DNA from: a virus
Lineage: Duplodnaviria; Heunggongvirae; Uroviricota; Caudoviricetes
Reading direction: 5' to 3' (one strand)
IMG/VR virus record: IMGVR_UViG_3300024259_001450
Location: 60,076-124,075 of that record
DNA: 64,000 bases
Made by a program: the position numbers and the translations under genes. Positions 1-8,316 of the stretch are shown here, piece after piece. Within the stretch, counting starts at the first letter, position 1, and each line of letters begins with the position of its first letter. The notes below the pieces were generated by a model. It did not search any database. It saw only the letters and a program-made list of their open reading frames with translations, and was not told the DNA's origin.

Positions 1-32
1 AGGGCAATGGGGATTGATAGCGATTCGATATA

Positions 33-773
33 ATGGAACTAAAGGACTTACAAGACAAACATAAAGGTTTGGGTTTTATAGTAGGTTCTGGTCCATCAAT
101 TCACTTCCAAGATTTAGAGTTTCTCAAAGATTATCCAACCATCGCCGTAAATGCAGGCATATTAAAAGTCCCATTTGCTGATTATTTTGCAACTGATGAT
201 ATAGGCGTGGCTGGTTGGAGCTATTTCTCAGATGAATTACCCAAGTTAGACACTACCTGTCTTTTATATAAGGGCAAAATGGAAGGACATACAGGTGATA
301 TACCTCAATCTAGGATCGTTTGGTTCGGCCATAAATGCTGGTATGAGCCTTCTAAGCGAAAATACCACTCTGACGGCCTCATTATGACAAAAGACGCCCA
401 GAAGCCGATTATAGGGGCCAGAACGTCTACTGGCACCGCAATTCACCTTGCTTACATTATGGGATTTGATCCGATAGTATTAATAGGCAATGATTGTTGC
501 CATTATCAGCGAAAACGCTACTTTTGGCAGTTTCCTGGCGAGAAAAAGACGCATAGAGTTGATGGGATGCCAATAGTTTTTGTGGCTGATAGAGGCAAAA
601 TGGGAGATAAGTCGATAGACAAGCATTCTGTCGATTTTATGCAATATTTTAACGCTTTATCCAAACAGTGTAAAAAACAAAATATTAATGTAATAGACGC
701 ATCAGGAGACTTCGGTTTGTTAAAATGTTTTGATAAAATGGAATTAGAGGATATTTTAGATGATTACGGGTAA
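33..773 (+). CDS. DUF115/Maf-like (MptE-like) protein; candidate CMP-nonulosonate transferase
   Basis: N-terminal IVGSGPS...IAVN motif and STGTAIHLAYIMGFDPIVLIGND motif typical of the DUF115/Maf/Cst-like fold; close to neuA. Confidence 0.65.
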   Translation: MELKDLQDKHKGLGFIVGSGPSIHFQDLEFLKDYPTIAVNAGILKVPFADYFATDDIGVAGWSYFSDELPKLDTTCLLYKGKMEGHTGDIPQSRIVWFGHKCWYEPSKRKYHSDGLIMTKDAQKPIIGARTSTGTAIHLAYIMGFDPIVLIGNDCCHYQRKRYFWQFPGEKKTHRVDGMPIVFVADRGKMGDKSIDKHSVDFMQYFNALSKQCKKQNINVIDASGDFGLLKCFDKMELEDILDDYG

Positions 774-1080
774 AGAATTCGGTGAATATGATGTAAAGAT
801 AGTTCAGTCTAGCGGTGATTGTTTGACGAAAGAATATGTAGAAATGTTTGTACAGAACACTGCTCAAGTACGTGTTTTATATGGCGGTCCCTGTGATGGT
901 GAGCAACATGTTATCCCTGCGGAACCAGCACACACTCAAAGGGTAGATTTTGTTATAGATGCCAAATGGAATGGTGAGACAGCCAAATATGCCATATATA
1001 AGTGGAACAAAGAAGAAGGAAGATATGATTTCCAAGAAATCGCCGAAGAAATATATGAAGGACAGAAATATTACTTCTGA
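760..1080 (+). CDS. hypothetical protein
   Basis: 106-aa ORF overlapping the upstream stop, same strand as neighbours; no recognisable motif. Confidence 0.6.
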   Translation: MITGKEFGEYDVKIVQSSGDCLTKEYVEMFVQNTAQVRVLYGGPCDGEQHVIPAEPAHTQRVDFVIDAKWNGETAKYAIYKWNKEEGRYDFQEIAEEIYEGQKYYF

Positions 1081-1086
1081 TAAGAT

Positions 1087-1899
1087 ATGCTTGGAGATAA
1101 AAACATACTCTGTGTGGTTACGGCAAGGGGCGGATCAGTAGGATTGCCTGGTAAAAACTATCGTAAATTTGTTTTGAAGCCGTTGTTCATTTGGTCAGTT
1201 TTGGCCGCACTTCAAAGCAAATACATTGATTTAGTTATTGTCAGTTCAAACTGTCCTCATGTCGAAAAAGATTGTAAAGAATTTAAGGAATGGTTTAGTC
1301 ATTGTAAAAGAACTAAAATATCCATAAATCCATTCGATGATAAATTCTCCAACTTTGAATTGTCTGTAGGCAATGCTCGTAATAATGTGAAATTCCTTAA
1401 AAGACCAGAAGAGTTTGCAACCGCTGTCAGCAAAAATGAAGATGCATTGATTCATGCTCTTGATTATTGTTCTGAAAAAGGAATCGATTTTGATATCGTG
1501 ATGAATCTACAACCGACATCGCCAATTAGACAAAAAACATTAATAGATTCTGCACTAGAAGAAATGATTAATGGTGGCTATGATTCTGCTTTAACTGTTA
1601 GTGAGCATACCCCATTTTTTATAAAAAAAAATACTGACAATTCTTTAGAGTGGTTTTATGATCCTAAAAATAGACCAATGCGTCAAGAGATTCTCCCTTC
1701 TGAAATGATGTTACACGATGATGGTTGTTTGTATATAGTAAAAACAGATATCTTGCTAAAAAATCATTGTAGAATTGGAAAAAATCCTTTTATAAAAATT
1801 AATGATTCATTTTCTTCATATCAGATAGACACAGAACAAGATTTTTTAATTGTTGAAAAAATTAAGAAGGAGATTGAAAAGACAAATAAGTATATATAA
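1087..1899 (+). CDS. neuA: acylneuraminate cytidylyltransferase (CMP-nonulosonic acid synthetase)
   Basis: TARGGSVGLPGKN (ARGGSKG.P.KN motif), LQPTSPIR, DDGCLYI and QIDTEQDF motifs. Confidence 0.9.
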   Translation: MLGDKNILCVVTARGGSVGLPGKNYRKFVLKPLFIWSVLAALQSKYIDLVIVSSNCPHVEKDCKEFKEWFSHCKRTKISINPFDDKFSNFELSVGNARNNVKFLKRPEEFATAVSKNEDALIHALDYCSEKGIDFDIVMNLQPTSPIRQKTLIDSALEEMINGGYDSALTVSEHTPFFIKKNTDNSLEWFYDPKNRPMRQEILPSEMMLHDDGCLYIVKTDILLKNHCRIGKNPFIKINDSFSSYQIDTEQDFLIVEKIKKEIEKTNKYI

Positions 1900-1943
1900 G
1901 TATTAACATATTATTTGTTTTTTAATATTTATAGGAGATACTT

Positions 1944-2756
1944 ATGCCAGCAAAAATAAAAAATTTATCTGGACAGGTTTTTGGTTATTTAATTGTTTTA
2001 GATAAATATGAAACTAGGAAATGCGGCAGAGGTACTAGGGCTTTTTGGCTTTGTAGATGTGTCTGTGGAAAAGAAATTTACGTTAGGGGGACTTCATTGA
2101 GTTGCGGTGATACAAAAAGTTGTGGGTGTAAGAAAAATGAGTCAATATCTAAATCAAACAAAGAAGCATATAACAAGAAAGAAAGAAAATTTAGAGTAGA
2201 CCACTCAGGAGAGAAGTTCGGTTATCTGACTATATTAGATAAATATAAAAGAGCTAAGTCCGGTAAAAGCAATATAGGGAAATGGCTTTGTCAATGTATA
2301 TGTGGAAAAGAAGTATGGAAGCAATATTCATCATTAAGAAGCGGTGTTAAAAGCTGTGGCTGTATGACTGCGAAGATGCAATCTGATGCCCATAGATTAC
2401 CATACGGTGAAGCGGCATTTAATTGTATATATGGACAGTATAAAAATAGAGCAAAATGCAAGAAAAAAATAAAATTTAGTTTAGATAAAAAAACTTTTAG
2501 AGATATAATATCCAGCAATTGTTATTATTGTGGTGGCTCACCATCTAATAAATGTGTAACCCCTGAAAATACTGGAGAGTTTATTTATAATGGTGTGGAT
2601 CGTATTGACAATAACAAAGGGTATGTCCCTAAAAATTGCGTCCCATGTTGTAAAAGATGCAATAGGGCAAAAGATATAATGTCAGAAAAAGAATTTTTGT
2701 TTTGGGTAAAAGACATTTATAATTATAGAGCAAAAAAAATAGTAGAACTTCTATAA
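1944..2756 (+). CDS. free-standing HNH-type homing endonuclease (phage type)
   Basis: Two repeats of G+xFGYLxVLD...WLCxCxCG...SCGC, then CYYCG...NGVDRIDNNKGYVPKNCVPCCKRCN; AGGAG Shine-Dalgarno at 1933-1937. Confidence 0.8.
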   Translation: MPAKIKNLSGQVFGYLIVLDKYETRKCGRGTRAFWLCRCVCGKEIYVRGTSLSCGDTKSCGCKKNESISKSNKEAYNKKERKFRVDHSGEKFGYLTILDKYKRAKSGKSNIGKWLCQCICGKEVWKQYSSLRSGVKSCGCMTAKMQSDAHRLPYGEAAFNCIYGQYKNRAKCKKKIKFSLDKKTFRDIISSNCYYCGGSPSNKCVTPENTGEFIYNGVDRIDNNKGYVPKNCVPCCKRCNRAKDIMSEKEFLFWVKDIYNYRAKKIVELL

Positions 2757-2773
2757 TACACAGAGGAGATCAA

Positions 2774-3601
2774 ATGAAATTAACCTTTTTAGGTACAGGT
2801 TCGTTCTTCGTCACTGGTGATAACTATCACACTAATATTCTATTAGAGGATGAAGAGGGCCATTCATTTCTGATTGATTGTGGCACAGACATTAAGCGTT
2901 CTCTTGATGCAGCAGGGAAAGACCCTTCTAAGATCGAAGGCGTTTATATTAGTCATATGCATGGAGATCATGCTGGCGGATTGGAATGGCTTGGATTTTA
3001 TTCTTATTTTGTCACCAAGAAACGCCCTAAATTATACACGGATACTGTATTAATGGATCGCGTATGGAATATGTTATCTCCAGGAATGAAATGTTTAGAT
3101 AACAAAAATGCAGAATTATCTACGTACTTTGAACCATGTCTTTGCCTTAATGATCGCCTATCACATTATTCTACACATGAAGGACCGAAATTTTGTTTCA
3201 GTTGGCGTGGAATAGGTTTTAACATCGTAACAACTAGACATATTACAACAACACGCGAGTTAAAGGGAACACGAGTTATGGCAGATAGGTGTAGTTTTGG
3301 TTTAGATGTAACAGTCGGACAAAAAAGAGTTTGGATTACAACAGATTCTTGTGAAGCTAATTATGCCAAAGTTGGGTATCCCATTGATCCTCATTATTAT
3401 ATTAGTGATTTGATTTTTCATGATTGTGAAACTTTCGAATGTAGTACCGTTCATTCTCATTATTCTAAATTAAAAGAATTTTCATCGGAAATTAAGAAAA
3501 ATATGTGGCTTGTGCATTACCAGGAAATTGATGATATGCCCGATGCGAAAGCAGATGGGTTTAAAGGCTTTGTTAAGAGAGGACAGGAGTTTCAATTATG
3601 A
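2774..3601 (+). CDS. MBL-fold metallohydrolase, Apyc1-like / RNase Z-like cyclic nucleotide phosphodiesterase
   Basis: FLGTGS, LIDCG, SHMHGDHAGGLE (HxHxDH), IFHDC, TVHS and WLVHY motifs; GAGGAG SD. Confidence 0.75.
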   Translation: MKLTFLGTGSFFVTGDNYHTNILLEDEEGHSFLIDCGTDIKRSLDAAGKDPSKIEGVYISHMHGDHAGGLEWLGFYSYFVTKKRPKLYTDTVLMDRVWNMLSPGMKCLDNKNAELSTYFEPCLCLNDRLSHYSTHEGPKFCFSWRGIGFNIVTTRHITTTRELKGTRVMADRCSFGLDVTVGQKRVWITTDSCEANYAKVGYPIDPHYYISDLIFHDCETFECSTVHSHYSKLKEFSSEIKKNMWLVHYQEIDDMPDAKADGFKGFVKRGQEFQL

Positions 3602-3996
3602 ACACACAATTCGGAGGTCAGAGTGGCACAAAGATGTTTGAATCCAAGGAAAATTTTCTTGGGCATTTTCAGCCGATAGCAAGTACGGACGAATCATCTG
3701 TTTTAGATCATGTCGCATGTGTGAAATGTAAATTCTATAATGATATTGATCACCATTATTATTATCAAATTATTTTTGTCCCCTACTATAAAACTGGTGA
3801 AGAAATTACAGATGGTAAAAGTTGGTGGAAAACATTTAATAGTGAAGCAGAAGCCAAATCTATTATCGACACAGTTAGATCATTATTGTCAGATTCTGGA
3901 ATAGATGTTGAGGAACAGGACTCCAAAGGATTAAAATGGGATGAAGTCCTAAAAGACGGAAAGAGGGTGAAAATGGATGAAGAATCCACTACATAA
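3598..3996 (+). CDS. hypothetical protein
   Basis: 132-aa ORF with ATGA start/stop overlap with the upstream gene. Confidence 0.6.
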   Translation: MNTQFGGQSGTKMFESKENFLGHFQPIASTDESSVLDHVACVKCKFYNDIDHHYYYQIIFVPYYKTGEEITDGKSWWKTFNSEAEAKSIIDTVRSLLSDSGIDVEEQDSKGLKWDEVLKDGKRVKMDEESTT

Positions 3997-4309
3997 ATTG
4001 ATTCGACCTTCTTTGAAATGGAATAATGGTATAATCTCCTTTGCCCGTGATGCGTTTAAGGATGGAAAATTGACAGATACTGTATGGACAGTTTTGCCAC
4101 ATCTTAAAAGAAAAAATAAACGTTGGATTTTGTTAGAACGTCATCATAGAAAGTGTAAATGCTCTTATTGCAGGCAGTCTGATCATTGGTATGGGTTAAA
4201 AATGCCAGAGTGCAAGAAGCCAAATGCTTGGAAAATTTTTTCGTGGAGTACAATAAATTGGCGTTGGTATTTTAGGTGGACAGGTAAAAGAAAATCAATT
4301 TTTTCTTAG
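3977..4309 (+). CDS. hypothetical protein (basic, Trp-rich, HHxxCxCxxC)
   Basis: 110-aa ORF; its 3' end overlaps the 3' end of the convergent neuB by 15 nt. Confidence 0.5.
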   Translation: MKNPLHKLIRPSLKWNNGIISFARDAFKDGKLTDTVWTVLPHLKRKNKRWILLERHHRKCKCSYCRQSDHWYGLKMPECKKPNAWKIFSWSTINWRWYFRWTGKRKSIFS

Positions 4310-5140
4310 CTTATTACGTTGTTCCAATTCTAAGCTGTCAATATCTCGCGGTTTATATGCGTTAGCTTGTTCAATAGCTTTCAAATCACGAACTAATTTT
4401 TTTAATCCCTGTGGTTCTAAACTACATGATGCATCGGTGTGTCTAAATGTCCTGTCGTCGATGAAGTGCCTCTCAAACCATCTTGCCCCTAAAACATAAG
4501 CGGCAGGCTCCATTGCAATATCATATCCATGATTAGAAAATCCTGTATTTTTTTCTCCCAACAATTCGGCCAAATCGCCAATCTCTTTTAAATATATTTT
4601 ATCGAAAGGAACTGGGTATCCACTGGTGCAATGATAAAAGACAAAATCATTGTTAGCATCACTGTCGGGTCCGTATTCATTAAATATGTCTTCTCTTTCT
4701 GATGCGGTTGTCATACCTAAAGATATATGTATTTGACCCTCATAATTATCACATAGGTAATCGATCATATCAGTGTTATGATTGCAGGCACTCGGTATTT
4801 TTATCATTGATGGATTTAATTCAACGATTTCTCGTGCAGAAGTCATATCCCAGATGGATGTGCTGTATTCAATTCCAATCTTCTCACAATATTTTTTTAA
4901 CTCAGCATGTTGAAATTGGTCCAATTCTAAATTAAGACGATGTTCCAAATATGTTTTGCCATAAGAAAACATTTCATTAGGGTGTGGTTTGTCCCACCAT
5001 CCTTTTGGAACTGATTCTCTTGGGTTTCTTTTTTGAGTCTTAACTACATCTGCTCCGTTCTCTTTGGCTAAAGAGGCAAGATACTTTGCTCGTTCTAAAT
5101 CACCGATATGCGTCCCGCCTATTTCCGCAATAATTTTCAT
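4295..5140 (-). CDS. neuB: N-acetylneuraminate synthase family (NeuB/SpsE), short form with no C-terminal SAF/antifreeze-like domain
   Basis: IIAEIGGTHIGD, ADVVKTQKR, KIPSA, YHCTSGYP, GFSNHG, ERHF motifs; GAGGAG SD on the minus strand at 5147-5152. Confidence 0.9.
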   Translation of the reverse strand: MKIIAEIGGTHIGDLERAKYLASLAKENGADVVKTQKRNPRESVPKGWWDKPHPNEMFSYGKTYLEHRLNLELDQFQHAELKKYCEKIGIEYSTSIWDMTSAREIVELNPSMIKIPSACNHNTDMIDYLCDNYEGQIHISLGMTTASEREDIFNEYGPDSDANNDFVFYHCTSGYPVPFDKIYLKEIGDLAELLGEKNTGFSNHGYDIAMEPAAYVLGARWFERHFIDDRTFRHTDASCSLEPQGLKKLVRDLKAIEQANAYKPRDIDSLELEQRNKLRKN

Positions 5141-5201
5141 AATATGCTCCTCGCTTTTCTAATCGGAAAGACGGTGCTAAAATTTGATGTATATTGATGT
5201 T

Positions 5202-5673
5202 ATGCAGAAAGATTTTTTCATAAAGGTAAAACCAGTAATAGATTATGGTATGAGAAAACTGTGTTTACAGCCTTATCACAATCATCCTAAAGGGATGCCC
5301 CAACTTTAATAAGCGATGTGATTGTCCACCATTTGCGAAATTGTTTGACAAATGTATTGATATGAACAAAACGATATATGCCGTATATAATGTTTTTGAC
5401 TTTAAGGCTCATGTAGATAAAATGAAAAAGAATCATCCTGATTGGACTAAATATCAATTGAGATGCTGTTTATATTGGCAACCGAAAGCCAGAAAACAAT
5501 TAAAAGAGAAGATTAAATTATTCATGAGAAAATTTTCCGATTACAGTATAGTAAAGAACCCAGAAGCTATGGGCGTTAATTTGACTGAGACAATGAAGAA
5601 GGCTGGAATAGAATTAGAATGGCCTCCTGAAAAAGTTACCTATCAAATTGTTTTGGCCGGAAAGAAGGTGTGA
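5202..5673 (+). pseudogene. DUF2284-like Cys-rich metal-binding protein, frameshifted at about 5292-5295
   Basis: ATG 5202 frame reads LCLQPYHNHPKG and stops at 5307; the +1 frame from 5296 reads CPNFNKRCDCPP and continues into the tracked ORF 5341-5673 (…PEAMGVNLTETMKKAG). Confidence 0.6.
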
Positions 5674-5674
5674 C

Positions 5675-6076
5675 ATCAGCGAATATCATACAGTTGAGAT
5701 GGACTTTGGCGATAAAAAGAAGATCATTCAGGCTCTCAAAGAGATGAAGTATAATCCAAGAGTGTATGTAGAGCCTCGTCGTCTAAGGGGATACAAGGGA
5801 GACACAAGAAAGCAAAAGGCAGAAATCATTGTTCCAAAAGAACAGGTCGGACCTGTTAGCAACGATATAGGATTCGAGTTAAAAAACGGCAAATACATAC
5901 TGCATATCTCTGAATATGATAAGAGTGCAAAAACTTTTGATTATAAGAAAATGACTAGTATTTACAATACGAGCAAGTTGCTTGCTCCATTGAAGAAGAA
6001 TCCGAAATATCATATATCGAAAAAGAAGATTCGTAAAGATGGTAAGATAGAACTAGAGATAACGTTGAATTTTTAG
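5675..6076 (+). CDS. DUF1257 (Ycf35-like) domain protein
   Basis: SEYHTVEMDFGDKKKIIQALKEM...LRGYKG...AEIIV...NDIGF pattern; tracked ORF 5648-6076; start uncertain (ATC at 5675 or ATG at 5699). Confidence 0.65.
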   Translation: MSEYHTVEMDFGDKKKIIQALKEMKYNPRVYVEPRRLRGYKGDTRKQKAEIIVPKEQVGPVSNDIGFELKNGKYILHISEYDKSAKTFDYKKMTSIYNTSKLLAPLKKNPKYHISKKKIRKDGKIELEITLNF

Positions 6077-6085
6077 GAGATTCAT

Positions 6086-6655
6086 ATGACCAGATTAAGA
6101 GGAAAAGCAAAAGCCAAAAGCCGCAAAAAGGATCAACTTGTTCAAAAGCGTAGAAAAGAAAAATACTTCGCTGTATTGGTAGAAAAAATCGTTAAATATG
6201 ATGACCCGATTTTGAAAGAGACATGCGAACCGGTACTAAGCAAAAAAGAATTGCCAGATATCATCCACGAACTGAAGAAAACTGTTTGTGCGACCAAGAA
6301 CGGTGTTGGGATATCAGCCCCGCAGTTAGGTATTACAAAAAGAGTATTTGTAGTTAGATTTGATACGACTACAAATAAAATGGAAGTTTTTGTCAATCCT
6401 GAGATCGTAGAGGAAAGTGAAATCAAATTATTGGCTAAAGAAGGTTGTTTGTCTTACCCCGATATCTATTGTGATGTTGAAAGACCATTCAAAATCAGAA
6501 TCAAGTATAAAGATCACAATTATGCGAATAAAGAGAAGTGGTTCAGTGGGTTATCTGCTCGAATAATTTGTCACGAAAATGATCATTTAAACGGAGAATG
6601 TAAGATAGCGGAAGAATATTTTAGAACAAGAAAGAAGGATATGACATGTGTTTAG
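6086..6655 (+). CDS. def: peptide deformylase with basic N-terminal extension
   Basis: All three PDF motifs present: GVGISAPQLG, EGCLSYP, HENDHLNG. Confidence 0.95.
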   Translation: MTRLRGKAKAKSRKKDQLVQKRRKEKYFAVLVEKIVKYDDPILKETCEPVLSKKELPDIIHELKKTVCATKNGVGISAPQLGITKRVFVVRFDTTTNKMEVFVNPEIVEESEIKLLAKEGCLSYPDIYCDVERPFKIRIKYKDHNYANKEKWFSGLSARIICHENDHLNGECKIAEEYFRTRKKDMTCV

Positions 6656-6699
6656 ACTAATCAGATAATTGCTATGTTGTATATTAATGGAGAATAATT

Positions 6700-7431
6700 A
6701 TGGCAAAAGATTTATCTGGTTTGAGAGTCGGCAAACTTTTGGTTATTAAGAGAGTGGAAGATCATTTATCTGGAAAAAAGAAAAAACGTATTTCAAAGTG
6801 GTTAGTGCGGTGTGATTGTGGACGAGAATTTGAAATTTTGGCTTATAGTTTAACCAGTAGTCATCCTACTCATAGCTGTAGAAGGTGTATGGGAGTTAAA
6901 GATTTGTCAGGTAAAAAATTTGGTGAATTAATTGTTTTGAAAAGGGATTTCGTAAAGTGCAAAGAGGCTAAATGGTTTTGTAAATGTAGTTGTGGCAGTA
7001 TCGTTAGCGTTTTATCGAGGCATTTACAAAATGGTGGCACGAAACGATGCTGGGCGTGTAAAGTCGAAAGACAAAAACTTAATGGTCGTATGTCATCTAG
7101 AGTTTATTATAGAACGCTACACAGTGCCAAAAAAAGAGGTATTCATGTTGGCAAAAACATTGATAAGAAATATTTAGAATCGTTATACAAAAAACAACAA
7201 GGTAAATGTGCGTTGACCGGTATGGAAATAAAATTTGCCAAAACGACACGACGAGATATGATTGGTTACACAACGGCTTCAATAGATCGTATAGATTCAC
7301 AAAAAGGATATGTCAAAGGAAATATGCAGTGGGTACACAAAGATGTAAACAGGATGAAATCAAATTTAAAACAAGATCGATTTATTGAATTGTGTTGCGA
7401 AGTCGCTGAAATCAGTAAAAATCATAGATAA
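6700..7431 (+). CDS. free-standing HNH-type homing endonuclease, related to 1944-2756
   Basis: Repeated LSGxxxGxLxV...WxxxCxCG modules; CALTG...ASIDRIDSQKGYVKGNMQWVHKDVN. Confidence 0.8.
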   Translation: MAKDLSGLRVGKLLVIKRVEDHLSGKKKKRISKWLVRCDCGREFEILAYSLTSSHPTHSCRRCMGVKDLSGKKFGELIVLKRDFVKCKEAKWFCKCSCGSIVSVLSRHLQNGGTKRCWACKVERQKLNGRMSSRVYYRTLHSAKKRGIHVGKNIDKKYLESLYKKQQGKCALTGMEIKFAKTTRRDMIGYTTASIDRIDSQKGYVKGNMQWVHKDVNRMKSNLKQDRFIELCCEVAEISKNHR

Positions 7432-7434
7432 TTC

Positions 7435-8316
7435 ATGAAAATTAATATGTACAAAAACAGTATAATTGTTGCACATAGAAATCGTCCTAATTGCCTAAAA
7501 ACTTTTTTAAGATCGATGGAACTCGCTGCATTGCAGGTTTCTCCTGATTCTTATGAGGTTGTTATTTCTGATTTAGGCAGTAAACGACGATCTCTTGCTG
7601 TAATGGAATGTTTTTCTGATAGTCTTAACTTGAAAGTGATCAAGAACCAATACAAAGGGTCATTTTGGAAGACTAAATCCCTTAATAATGCCGCAAGTCA
7701 CACAAAAGGCAAATATATTACAATGCTTGATGTTGATTCTGTTGTAAATTGCAATTTTTTAGAAAATATACGACAATTTTATTCTATCGATAACAATAAA
7801 GGTGTTAAATTGGCTCATCGTGTGCGTTTCTTGACACCAGCCATCTCTAAAGTGCTTTTGAAGAGTTGGCGTAAGTTTGATTGTGATTTTTTGAGGAAAC
7901 ACATTGTCAAAAGAGCATCTTTGTTCAATTTGGCACGAGAAAGGTACAGTAGTCAAGAAATAAGGTATGTAAAATTGCCCAAAGAGAAGAGAGCAAAGAT
8001 GCAAGCCTCTCAGGCTCTTGGGAATAGTCATTTTACTATGTTGAAAGATGACTATATGGCATTGGGGGGAAATGATGAACGATTTATAGGACATGGACTG
8101 GAAGATTTGGATTTCAATTTGCGTGCGTGGAGATTACTGAAATGTGGCAGATTATTTCCAGATCATAATAGAACCGTTTATCATGTTGCTTATGCTGTGA
8201 AGGGCACAGATTGGATTGGCGAAAAATTCAAGATTAATAATCGAAGACTGTATAGAAAGAATAAGGCGAAACATATTATTAAGGTTCCTATGAGTAAAAA
8301 TTGGGGAAAATTTTGA
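7435..8316 (+). CDS. glycosyltransferase, GT2/GT7C-like (GT-A fold)
   Basis: EVVISDLGS, KSLN, MLDVDS (DxD) and GGNDERFIGHGLEDLDF motifs. Confidence 0.85.
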   Translation: MKINMYKNSIIVAHRNRPNCLKTFLRSMELAALQVSPDSYEVVISDLGSKRRSLAVMECFSDSLNLKVIKNQYKGSFWKTKSLNNAASHTKGKYITMLDVDSVVNCNFLENIRQFYSIDNNKGVKLAHRVRFLTPAISKVLLKSWRKFDCDFLRKHIVKRASLFNLARERYSSQEIRYVKLPKEKRAKMQASQALGNSHFTMLKDDYMALGGNDERFIGHGLEDLDFNLRAWRLLKCGRLFPDHNRTVYHVAYAVKGTDWIGEKFKINNRRLYRKNKAKHIIKVPMSKNWGKF

